Source: Glycera tridactyla (lineage: Eukaryota). Taken from it: 64,000 nt of DNA. The stretch lies in NCBI GenBank assembly GCA_965644265.1, contig OZ286462.1, positions 23,436,001 to 23,500,000 of the forward strand. Direction: 5' to 3'. Positions 52,237 to 64,000 of this stretch are shown piece by piece; the first letter of the stretch is position 1, and each line of letters begins with the position of its first letter. The position numbers and the translations under genes are program-made. The notes below the pieces were generated by a model. The model had not been told where the DNA came from. It saw only the letters and a program-made list of their open reading frames with translations, and searched no databases.

Positions 52237-53198
52237 GTAATGCTTAGCATCTAGACCCAGGCAGGGGACTGAACATATGTATTGGAGGCACCCCCAAGAT
52301 GTTTCAAGAAAGTTATTCACAATAACCCATGGATTTTTGTCCCATGAATATAGAAGTAGCAAATCCAGTGATGAGTATCATTTCCCGTGATGTCACTGAT
52401 AGGGTAAAAGTAACTGAGTCTCATAAGTGACATTCAAATTTAAAAGCAACCATGTGAATGTGGTCTCCCATCAGAGGCATTTTTGTCTTCTTTCCGAGGT
52501 TCGACGGTAATAACCAAGTCTTCACATTACCTCCTACTTCTTTATCAAATATCTCATTGCATCACCACCCAACAGCAGCTCAACTTCATGTCTCAGTTAT
52601 TGCATCCAAAGTGCCTGAAGCATAATCATCTTCTTACGCAACCAACAGATTGTGAGTGCTGTTTCCTACCTCCATCATGCAAGAGTTGATGGCTGACATT
52701 CTACTTCATATCCTGGTAATTGCTTCTATGATTGCCCATTAGCATCACTAAGAGACAATTTTCAAGAAAGGAAAGTCATGACCTTACAGTCAACAGACTA
52801 TAAAGACTGTGGGCAATCTTCTGTAATCCAAATTCCTTGCATATCACTGGCATTCAATAGAGCAGAAACTGACCCATTCCAACTTAAAGGTATAATGATG
52901 GCTATCTCACTGACTATAGTCCGTCAAATATAACCATCATGCCTAGATATCACATGCTCAAGTCATTATTTCTTTTCTGATTATAGTTTCATCTGAACAT
53001 CTTATTATTGTGAAGGACATCCAGTCATGCTTTCAACTGAAGATTTGTTCTCATTTCATTGCACTCTGAGGACGAATCTGCCAATATTATCAACTGTTTT
53101 ATATGCATGAAATCATAGTGGTCTGGCCACCTACCAAGCCATTAAAACTGCATCAAATTGATGGTTCATGTAATTGACATGCAGGGGAGATGAATATA

Positions 53199-53340
53199 CA
53201 GTCGACCTTTGGTCACATAAAAAAGTTGCTTTTATAGGGAGGTGATCTTCATGGAGAGTCATTTACTGTTGAGAATACTATCATAGTCGCAGCTCAGAGT
53301 GGCCTTTATAGAGAGGTGGTCTTTAGAGGAGGTCCGACTG
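53199..53340. mobile_element. MITE, family B
   Basis: TA|CAGTCGACCT...AGGTCCGACTG|TA. Confidence 0.7.
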
Positions 53341-55151
53341 TATGTGCAAACCTTTCATAATCATAATTCTGGTCTTACAGATATGTAGACAGAGCTGGTC
53401 AGTGAGTTTCATTTCAATAGCAACTAAATTGTTGTGGTGTAGTGAGAGCGAAACGATACCCCTCACATTTGAACATTTGACTTTACATGAAGATGTATCT
53501 GACAAAATTCTGTGATAACGAGAAGGGGAATTTTACAATGTGTTAATGACTATAGATCCTGATGTACTAATATCCTCACTAATGAGCTGAATATTGTCAT
53601 TATCTTCACTTACTGTCTCATTTACAATAGCATATGATGCCAGAAATGGCCGGAGGGGATGAAATCATCTCCTATTCAACTTCTGGAGCCCCCATGTCTG
53701 GCCAGTATTTTGTGATAATGTGCAGAGAATTACGTGATGATGTGTTAATGGTGGTGAATTTCGCACTGATACCCTTGCTAATGAAGTAAATATTGCCATC
53801 ATCTACATTCACCCCTTATTTTCCAAAAGATACATTAATGCATGAATGAGCTGAAGGGTTTCATATCATCCCTCTACAGCCTTTTTTGACACCCTTTTAC
53901 ATCTCAAGGCTTCATGACAAAGTTTCCATCTGACTTTCCAGATCAGGCAAATGTACTAGAGATGCACTTGCCCAAACCGAAAATGCACTTACTCCATCTA
54001 TTTCATATATACAAATATACATGAAAAGAATTCAACTGGAACCAAATGTAATGTTTGCCCTTTCACATAGCAGACTTGATCAAGACAAGGGCCATTATCA
54101 AAGTGTGAAACTTTCTATGTGTGAATAACTCAAACTCCATGTTCTTACAACCAATTTTTATCTGGTCCAGGAGCTGACCCATTTTCATATGATCCACAAC
54201 TCACAAGCGTGGCCAACAGTTGGTCATAGACCACTAGTTTAGAGATAGTGTTTCAACATGGTCTGTAACACAAAATGTGTGTCGTAGTCCCCAATAAACA
54301 TGACTATACATAATTATATAGTAGAACATAATGGCCCCCCGGGTCCAGATCACCATAATGTGCCTACGCCTATGACTGTGATGGAAATGCCCAGCTATTG
54401 TATTCTAGAGATTAACAGCAATTCACAAACAACTGTACATCTACACTTCAGTGAAAAGGGTACTCTTGGCTGCTGAAAAAATAATACTGTGGCACCATAA
54501 ATTCACCACAACAACTGCACACAGTGGCATTACTGTGCCCTCCTATATTTTATATGCCCAACATATGCATGTGCTAAGTTCCTTTCCTCATGGTATTTCT
54601 GAATGCCACAATCAGAATGTCGATTTTATATAGGTTTTGTCAAAATATCCTGGATTTCAAAATTATGAATATTGTGAATGAGCTTAAGGATAGCTTGAAA
54701 TGGCTGCAGGTCTCTGTGATGTAAATACATCTGCAAAGGGCACTGAATTTTATCTCCTTTTCATTTCACCATTAGCCCATTTAATTAGAAAGAAAACACT
54801 TTTTGAAAAATTCCAACCAACCAGTTCATGATGGAGGAAATTGAGGAACACTATCCTTTCCCTCTCATCCCTTCAATTACTGTGCTGCATTTGAAGTATA
54901 TGCATATATTCTGACAAAAGGTATCCATGACACGCAATGTGATGATTGGGCAGGGATGTTGGATAAGAGAGCAAGCACACAAGATCTGACACTTTCGCAG
55001 CAAAGTAGCTGAATTCTAGGTGATATCCAGGGCCTAAATTGCTGCTTGTAAGTCCAGGGTATCTCCCAGGTTCCTGAGGGCTACAGGGAAATCCATATTA
55101 AACAGCAGCTGTAAGTCAATGTGCAAATATTATGCCTTGCAAAAACCCTGA

Positions 55152-55185
<34 letters not shown>

Positions 55186-56062
55186 CTACAGTCATACTGA
55201 AGACATCTGTCCCTATGTGCCACGATGCTTGCATGATCAGATAGTCCCCTACAGATTAGTCCAACTGTAGATAAGATCTCAACTGAATTTGTGAGGGATT
55301 ACCATAGAAACAAGCCAGTAAGTCTCTGTATTTTGAACCAAGAAATTGCAGAATTGGCAGCCTGGCAGATTTAGAGATGGACTCACTGGCTGGCTGCCTG
55401 ACTGATTCATTGCTTGACTGATTGGTTAGTTGATTGGTTGAGTGATTTAAGTTTGATGTCCTGTTCCCCATGGCACCGGTCATACTCAATGACAATAATC
55501 AAAGATATTCAGTTTCCAAACTCAATATGCATTCCACTCATTTGGAAGGGTGGATATACCTGTAATTTAAATATGGCTTGCCTTGTTTTATACCTGCAAA
55601 CATGATTGGCATCAAGCTCCTCACATCAATGTGCATGGAAAGCCAGCAGTATTGCAATAAACACATATAAAACAAAGACGGGTAATACAACCTAGTCAGC
55701 AATATCATAGACCATTTCATTGTGAGCCTTCACCTATAAGCTGGAATTGTCCATGATCATCCCACAATTTGATGGAGAAATGGAAAAGTATTGAATAAAA
55801 GTGCAATGTTGGAATTCCATGACGCTGAATGACTGATTGAAAAATATGTTATTGCACCCAAACATTGGTGGAGTGATATCAGTATTGTTGCATCAGAAAA
55901 TCACAAAATTTGTGACCTATAAATCAAATTCTGGGCAGATTCATATGATCAAAATCTTTTCCATAAATGGCAGGCTGGGACATTGGTAAAATGATCACAG
56001 ATACAGATATTTCACTATAGAATACACCAATAAATGTGAACGTAAATAAATATGTGACATAC

Positions 56063-56254
56063 CTATGATGTCCGGATCCAAGTATAGTCCTCCATCGCAG
56101 AATAATCGCGGATTATAGCTGGGATGTAGATTTTCCTCAGTCAGTGGAACACTGTCTGGACTGTGCAAACCAAAGCTAGAAGCGATCTCTTTAAACTCGG
56201 TCTCCGACTTGGGCAGCTGGTCAGGACTGTGTAATCCAAAACTCTGCGGTCGTT
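56063..56254 (-). CDS. FRMPD4: FRMPD4/Preso-like gene, internal exon (192 nt) upstream of the 40 kb intron
   Basis: CTAAC branch site plus tctctatctcgattgcttacag|AA acceptor; donor ATAG|gtatgt; phase 1-1. Splicing to 15795 rebuilds YLDPDII-D-LTLIPPP, equivalent to the FRMPD4 DDIIDLTSLPPP motif. Confidence 0.8.
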
Positions 56255-56513
56255 CTGTAAGCAATCGAGATAGAGATTGACAGTTAGGTTTGATAAAGCT
56301 TAGATATATCCCAAAAGCCCGACCGGGCAGAACAAAGGCCCGGCAGCAGCGGCGGCCAGCTCGTAACAGTGATGAGGATGACGGCGATGATGATGATGAT
56401 GACGGCAAAAGCTGGGTATCAGCTGATGAGCCCGGTTTGCCCGTATCCACAACGACCGTCGTATACAACTGTGATGTTTTGCTATTGTCATCAGAACAAT
56501 TTGACATCGCCAT
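56255..56513 (-). CDS. Candidate alternative first-exon coding extension (MAMSNCSDD...) in frame with the 56063-56254 exon
   Basis: The frame stays open upstream through the acceptor to an ATG at 56513 in strong Kozak context (ataATGg). The segment is CpG-rich. Confidence 0.45.
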
Positions 56514-56830
56514 TATGAGACGGAGTGATCGCTGATGTACTCCATCGCTGACTGAAATGAACGGCAATAGCTGCTAATGTTCGGCAGCAAATGAACGCTG
56601 CCGGACTGAGCAACGCGCACACATGGAGAATTGTGTCGGCTATTGCCACTGCAACCTGAGCTACTGATGACGGCAGCGTGTACGCGTGCCGCTTTCTACG
56701 GAATCACTCCGCATGCTCCGGCAGCTCTCTCCTGCAGAGTAGATTCTGTCCTGTTCATCCCCTCCCTCCCTCCCTCCCTCCCTCGCTCTCTCGCTCGCTT
56801 CCATGATGGCATCTACTAGCATGTGCTTTC
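56514..56830 (-). promoter_or_regulatory. CpG/GC-rich candidate internal promoter or 5' UTR
   Basis: Sharp local CpG enrichment, GA-rich (GAGG)n/GCGA tract and TCAGT Inr-like motifs just upstream of the candidate ATG. Confidence 0.4.
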
Positions 56831-58714
56831 TCCCATTCAGCATCCTTCACCTCCGATGACGATGCCCATTCATCATCACTCATCCTTCGTTTCATTCAAG
56901 CACAGCACCATTCCAAAATTGGAATGCACACACAAATCCCACCTTTCATTCTAATCACAATGATGGCTGATTTCTGAACAGCTGAAATCCCAATGTTTGA
57001 ACACTGAATCAAAAGCAAACATTTGAAGAAAAAGTGCTGTCATTGGTTGGGTGGATATGACATGCAAACCCTCGTAAGTAACAGCATCACAATTGAGAGA
57101 GATAATCAGAAATAATGACATGCAATGTTAATTAAATTTTGGTAGATGGATATGTCATCAGGAGCCAGGCATTTAGAGCAAACCAAAAAAACGGGATTAT
57201 ACCTTCAAAATAGCTCAAGTAGTCATGAAAATCTTTTTTTTTTCTATAATTTACGGACTGAGAAACAGATCCTGCATGTCCTGAACTTGATGCAATGATT
57301 CAAAATGAGAACAACACAATTGAAGTAAACTCACAATGCTTTTGGTTGATCATGAAAGATATGGTTACAAGTATAATATGCGCTTTAGCCAAATATGCTA
57401 CGGAAAATGTTGTTTCAGAACCAATGCAGAATCCATAGAGAAAACTGTGGTGGAATTACCAGAAAGGGTGCTGCTTTGGGTTTGCTCTCTCAAGAATATT
57501 TTCCAAATTGTCAGCAACTCAAAATCTTGTTATTTTAGACAAAATCATAGAGGACCATTTTCTCCAAATCACTTGACCAACTCCTGCCTCCTCCACATAG
57601 ACATCAAAATCACTGTTGAAAAATCCACAATCATACATAAATCAATTTTGTCCAAAAATGCAATCAACAGATTCTGGCAATGATTCAGGAGATTGACCCT
57701 GACTTTCCTTCAAGCAAATTTGGCAAAAAGATGTAAATTTCTTCAACTGGATGATAAGAGTCATGGTCAGTTGGCTAATGGCTTGAGCTTCCCAGCACCT
57801 GGTATTTATATCTGATGGCATCAGGAAGGCATACATATCTATCTATGATCATATACCCATAAGAAGTATAAGGCTATCTGGCGGGAAGCTGGCGAGCATC
57901 TCTAAGGAATGATGTACACCGATGAGGTAGGCTCCTTATGGTGAGCAAAATCTGGACAATCATCGATTCTTCTTCTATACAACAAATGAGTCTCCTCCTC
58001 TGTGAGCCTTTCCCCCTCCCTCTACCCACAGGCCCTTCAAGTGCCATCACCTCATATGGCCTAACTCAACATCATCAATTTTGACAGAAAAAAACACACA
58101 TTATCCTTCTTCCCACCTGACTGCAGAGTTCTATTCAAGCTGTCAACCCTTATAATGATCATCATTATAATCATTGTATTGATTCGAACAGATAATCACA
58201 TCTGAGCTACATTCATAGTCAAAATGGTATCTGGGAAGCCAACAAGCAAGTGGGGTATGTGTGTTGAAAATCATGTCTCCCTTCTTCATGGGTCTGAAAT
58301 TTGAAGTGCCCGAAACCCCGACCTGGTATTTCACTGATGACTTGTCCAACTTTGCCTTGGTATCATCTTTTTCACTTATGATTAATTTCCCATGTTCACT
58401 GCATTGGTACTAAAATGTGGCACTTTTGAGAGCTGACATGCTGGATTTCTCTCACCCAGTTTCCTGCCAAAATTCAAACTTGAAATTCCTAATTTTACAC
58501 CTTTCAACACCATTATCACTTGAATGTGTCCAACATCAATCCCGTGGCACAGGCATCATAATACAGCACCTCATAATGGTGTGATGTGGAGATAAAAGAG
58601 ATATCCTAAACTTGAGAAAAACTGGTAAATTTCTGGGACAAATCTAAAAGAAATATGCAACAGGTTCACCATCCTTCAAAGCAAGCCATATCTCATATAA
58701 TCAAAGATTCAATA

Positions 58715-58891
58715 CAGTAAAACCTGTCTTGGGAGACCACCCCAATGCCAACGAAAAGTGGTCCCTCAAGACAGGTGGTCTCTCATTGAAGGTATATTTG
58801 ACTATGTCAAATAGAGAAGAGCCGACGAAGAGCGGTCTCCCATTAGAGGGTGGTCTCCCAAAAGAGGGGTCTCCCAAGACAGGTTTCACTG
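58715..58891. mobile_element. MITE, family A, near-consensus copy
   Basis: TA|CAGTAAAACCTGTCTTGGGAGACC...GGTCTCCCAAGACAGGTTTCACTG|TA; ~24 bp TIRs with one mismatch. Confidence 0.85.
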
Positions 58892-60313
58892 TAGTATGAA
58901 GCGACCTATAGAGTATGGAGAAATAATTGAAAATGGTGTCGAAGAGTCGACATGTTTTTGGTGAGGCATCAATCTAATTTCATTGCATAGCATTTGCGAT
59001 GAATGCTGTATGCAGTACGAGATGCATTGTTCACAACCTTCAAACTGAGATATTGCAGAAAAAAGATGTCATATTGGATCTGATGTTCTATTGAATACGA
59101 ATGGTTACTGAGTGAGCAGGTATTTGGCCTGAATCTGGAAGGATTGTATTGTATTTGTTCATCTCACATGATATCATTACCTTCACCTGGATGAATAAAG
59201 ATAATATCATACTGTGACATTTGATGGGATTCAATCTTCTGAAATTGCTACCAATAACTGATGATGAATTGGAGCCTATATCAGCATATTTTGCAAATAT
59301 TGCAGTCTTCACTGAGGCAGCCATTGAACAGCCAGTTAGATTTGATATACAGTTAGACCAGTCCTAAATAGTCAGTGTACTAAGCAGCCATCTATCTTAA
59401 GCAGTTAACTTCCACAGGAGCTTTTCCGCAATAATTCTTGTGCTGTCTTTGCCAATAAAAATTCTGTCATTGCCCCTGTCATATCATAGACATTATCATC
59501 CTCTACAGTCACCTGTCTGGAGAAGCCTGATTTTGCAGCCCCTCAAAGAGGAGGCCTGGATCTGGTTCAGCTACACATCTGTTTCATTCACCTGCTGTTT
59601 TCTTTATTCATATTTCTTATAGAAGATCAGTCAAACAACTGCTTTGCGGAAGAAACAGGGATGCAATAGAACAACGCAAATTCTGTGTTTCCATCTGATT
59701 TTCTGACCAGTGAGTGGGTCACTCTGGCCCAATAACCAGAAATACCATGGGCTATATTGAACGATGATGGCCCATCTTCCATTTTCCCATGGATCGCAGC
59801 AATGAAGAAACTGGACATGCTGACCCACAGCGGAAAATATTGGTGGGCTAATAGTTGGGTAATACAGCGAAAATGGTGGTCTGTGCGCAACAACAGTTTG
59901 AAGGGCCAGTGATAATACAATATCGCCATCTTTTACCACTCCACAAATGCCTGCAGGTATAATCAAGTGGGTAGTGTAGTGGTTCTTGAAGTGGATATTA
60001 TGAAGTTAGCATGCTAAACCGCCCACATCTGCATCAGTCACAGCAATAGGTGGGGGAAATAACTGAATTATCTCACCCATGTATCAGGTGGCTGGAGTCA
60101 TGCTTGCACTCCTAGTGGAGGGGGTTGTGGCTTGTAAAGCTCGCTATATTGGGAGCTAGGGTTGGCAGCTGAGTACCGCTAGATTTATGGATGAATTCTA
60201 TATCAGAAGCGACAAGCACCACACACTATCATATTGATCCCCCTGACAACCTCCAACATCCCCACCTCATCCCCCTCAGGATTATCACACCTACTACCCT
60301 GTGTATTCAATTA

Positions 60314-60484
60314 CAGCGAAACCTGCCAACAGAGACCACCCTAATTGTCACTAAAAAGCGCTCTCTCAAAACTGGAGGTCTCAGGTTGGAGGTATATTTG
60401 ACTATGTCAAAAAGCTGCTCTGAAAAAGTGGTCTTATGTCAGAATTGGTCTGTCGTCAAGGAGTCTCTTGTCACAGGTTTCACT
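60314..60484. mobile_element. MITE, family A
   Basis: TA|CAGCGAAACCTG...CAGGTTTCAC with the family A core. Confidence 0.7.
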
Positions 60485-61063
60485 ACCAATGATGTTTTTA
60501 ACCCCAGAGGACAATGCATCCTGTCGATCTAATTTGACTGTTCAGAGTGACTTGTAAGTCCTTATATGGTTAGAAAGGTGCCAGATATGCATTTTGGATA
60601 AAATAGTCCTTTCATCCATAAACACATGTTCATGAAGATATGTACCGGTTTTATCATCTCAGATTACAGAAGTGCACGTGAAATACCAGTTTCCTCTTAC
60701 AATTTAGGGATTCATTGAGGACTTGACCGATCATACTTTCAGTCACAGTGTATAATATGAGCTAATGCATCACTGCCTCTATATTCTTTTGTTGTAAATA
60801 TAAACAAAGGGTTGGTTTATTATGATGTCTATCAAAAGCTAGGCAATCTTGGTCTCTGACCCTCATCTCTTGATTGATAATCTCAGATTGATAATCACTA
60901 CATGTACATGCTTTTTGATTTGAAAGATGAATAATGGTTCTTATCATCAAGGCATCATGATATCACTGGTCATTACCAGCTTTCAAGTTGACATTTCATA
61001 ACTGAACAAACTGATTAAGTATTTACCTGATTCGCCATCAAGTATGGTGCTCTGTGTCAAATA

Positions 61064-61224
61064 CAGTCGAACCTGTCTATAAAGACCGCCTTCGGTTGCA
61101 TCAAAAAGCGGTCTTCATGGGCAGGTGGTCTTTATAGAGAGGTCATTTACTGTTGAAAATACTACCACGGTTGCAGCTCAGGGTGGTCTTTATAGAGAGG
61201 TGGTCTTTAGAGCAGGTTCAACAG
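61064..61224. mobile_element. MITE, family B
   Basis: TA|CAGTCGAACCTG...CAGGTTCAACAG|TA. Confidence 0.78.
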
Positions 61225-61331
61225 TACAAGCATTGCTCTCAGGCTTGAGTGTCTGCTTTCAGTCAGTATCAGAGTTGAATATACCATCGATAGGTTCCTT
61301 CAGGTTCATGTGACGTGTGTAGCGAAGTGTG

Positions 61332-61518
61332 TAGTGGTGAACTGTCACCTACTCTGAAAGTTAAGATCAGAGACCACTCAAATATCATCAAACTGTGGTC
61401 TGTCAAAAGCGGTGGTCTCTCATCACATGTATATCTATCATAGAAAAGCCACCCTGAGAAAATGGTCTCCTGTTGGAGTGGTCTCTCAACAGTGGGTCTC
61501 TCGTTGCAGTTTCCACTG
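61332..61518. mobile_element. MITE, family A, diverged
   Basis: GGTCTC subrepeats, right end TTTCCACTG|TA. Confidence 0.55.
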
Positions 61519-61796
61519 TACTACCACTTGACAACCTATCTGGTTACACATCATCATGTGTATAAGGTTTGTGAGAGTAACACTGCAGAGGACAGAGCAT
61601 GCTGCTTTCCTAGATCAGGAATACATATCATACAAAATCTTTTGGGTTTATGCATACTGATAAACCGACCAAGCAACCAACCAACCAATCAACCAACAAA
61701 CCAAGCTGTTCTCAACCATAAATGTTTTGGTGGATGACACAAGTTTGCAGGAAGGCCACAGCAAACTCCGCTCTCGGAACCTTCACAGGATGTAGC

Positions 61797-61893
61797 AGTC
61801 AGCGTCATCTCCTCGCTTGTAAATAACAAGGCACTTAGCCATGATGTCAGCGTCATCTCCTCGATTGCAAATAACAAGGCACTTAGCCATGAT
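61797..61893. repeat. 48-bp two-copy tandem duplication
   Basis: GTCAGCGTCATCTCCTCG...ACTTAGCCATGAT occurs twice. Confidence 0.9.
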
Positions 61894-64000
61894 CAAATAT
61901 TGAAATTTTTATAACAGTTCGGTGGACGATCCTGACAAGCTAAATGAAGATATAGAACCCATCATGGTGCATGTCTGAATGTCACTCTTCCAGCCATTCA
62001 GTGCAGGCTGCCCTAGTTTGGAATGAGTCCCCTTCAGCCCGAGGCGCAATGGCCCATCAACGCCAGATATTCAGCCGCATGATTCGTTCATTCCTCGTTC
62101 GATGTTTATCTCATTCTGGATTATCGAGCTCATGATTCTGCATTTTATGATGCCCCACTGAGTACACACCCTATAACTGATGCATCGGGCTGGATATTTC
62201 TCCACAATCAATCCTTGTGATAAATCATCGTAATTGTATTAACGGAAAATCACATGGGTCATTGTAATTTCAGAAAGGAAAATCACCAGGGCTCAGCTGC
62301 CCGAAGACAGAAAAAAAGTTGGGAAGATCATCTAGAAGCCCACACCTCTCCAGGCTGTATGCATGTGCAGGAAAAAAAAATAAGGAAATCATGTTGTAAC
62401 TGTCATTGTTGTCAATGTTCAAATACCCCATGTTCATTACATTGGCTGCTATTAGTACAGTTCATGTACATTTCAACATGTATTCAAAATGCTAATTTTT
62501 CAACTACTTCCTTTGACCACATTTGCACAAAATATGTCATGATCATTGAAAATATCAAATGTTGCTCGAATTCCTCATGAGTGGGGGGGGGGGGGGGGTC
62601 TCAGCATAGTGGCTGTTGTGCTAATTCTTCTGAGGCGATAGTATATGTGTTAAGCTGTAATTAATGTTACAACATATATAATATTAGACTTTCCTAAATC
62701 TAGATATTGAATGAGAATATGTGTTATGCACAGCAAACTTCCTCAGATTAATCTTACATCCATTCATGAAATATTCGGTTTGTATATGTTTTCTATACCT
62801 CTACTTCCACTTGACAACCTCTCAAGTTCCATATCATATTGTGTTCAGGGTTTCTCAGAGTGATGCTTGCAGGAGAGAGATCATCTAGCTTTCTTCTTTC
62901 AGGAACAGATCGCATGCATAACCCCTGCTAAAAGGCCCCTAGTTGCTCACAGTGTTTTATTTTACATCTGCAAATGATTGCCATTATAAATGTGATCAGC
63001 TTGCAGCTTTGGGATAAAAGCTCACATCAGCAATGAAACCAAAATGATCAAAATACACCTGCTATACAAGATTGGTCAAACACCTGGCTTTTGTAGAGCT
63101 AGGCAGTAGGCTCGGGGGATACAACTAAACATCACAGATCTGTGTGTTTGGGTGAGAAGCAGTCAAGTGGAACCAGCTGTGTCCAGCTGTGATAATGAAG
63201 GGTAATTACAGCTGGTGTTAGCTCATTATTGACTTTGTCCTCTCCCACTCTGTACACATGCTGCTCAAGTGAACAATGAGTGAATGTTGTAATAATGGCT
63301 GGATTTACACACCATACTGACTTTATGATGTTGTATCTGCTGTTGTTATTAGGCAGTGATCACCAAATATTTCAGCCACTTTAAAATATAATGGTCTCTC
63401 GTGTCAATTGTAAAAGCAGGTCTAAAAATGGGGTCTCAATTCAATTCAATCCAATTCACAACTCTTTATCTAAACTCGTAACATTTTTACAAAATTACCG
63501 CATTTAGCTCACCGAGCTTTTTACAGCAGCCACGGGGCAGTTAGGTAATTAATATCAATATTTTACTCAAACAAGGGTGGAACATTGCATCAATACGACC
63601 AACAAAACAGGATAAGCATTAATAATGGTGGAGGAAATTTCCTCATGGTCTTATGCAACTCAGACAAACTCACAAATAAAAAGTCTTCTTTTCCTTCAAA
63701 ATTTCCCAAATATATGAAATGGATCATGAAACAGAATGCTCCCGTGTTATTGTCCAACTACTGATGCATATGTATACCAAATATCGAGAATATAGGTGCA
63801 ATATTAGCCGAGTGAGGCTTCAAAGAAAAACTTTAACCAAAACTTTAACCAAAACCTTAACCTCAGACCTTCACGCCGGAAGGATGGCCGGACCAACTGC
63901 GCAATTACAAAGACTCCCATTAAGCTTCGGTTAGGTTGTTAGGTTATTTACATATATACACAGGTAACAACCCATTGGAGATGATCTCTCATCAAGGGGT

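Noticed and set aside
59088-59966. Overlapping ~100-aa minus-strand ORFs as possible upstream FRMPD4 exons or a Gypsy RNase H remnant
   Set aside because: No FERM/PDZ similarity, no consistent splice phases, and only a weak LRTDH resemblance.
63825-63945. TTAACC/GGTTAG repeats as a telomeric remnant
   Set aside because: Few degenerate units; more likely part of a small interspersed element.

Overview
Eukaryotic (bilaterian invertebrate-like) genomic window. It is dominated by the 3' half of a minus-strand FRMPD4/Preso-like scaffold gene, with four coding exons that join in frame: 56254-56063, 15795-15481, 14482-12642 and 10869-9886. A ~40.3 kb intron separates the first two. The WW/PDZ/FERM exons were not found and probably lie beyond 64000. 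Inside the large intron, antisense to the host, is a young CR1/L2-group LINE with an uninterrupted endonuclease-RT ORF. Directly upstream of its endonuclease, in frame and missed by the ORF track, is a virus-like 2A/StopGo peptide (RDITCDGDVEKNPGP). The intron also holds many TA-flanked MITEs, older LINE fragments, minisatellites, a cluster of RFX X-box palindromes and candidate alternative first exons/microexons. Left of the gene are a probable degenerate LRR-TIR (Toll-like receptor) pseudogene, an assembly gap and a CTCF-like motif. Most short ORFs in the track are noise or microsatellite read-through. All homology calls are from memory and pattern recognition; no searches were run.
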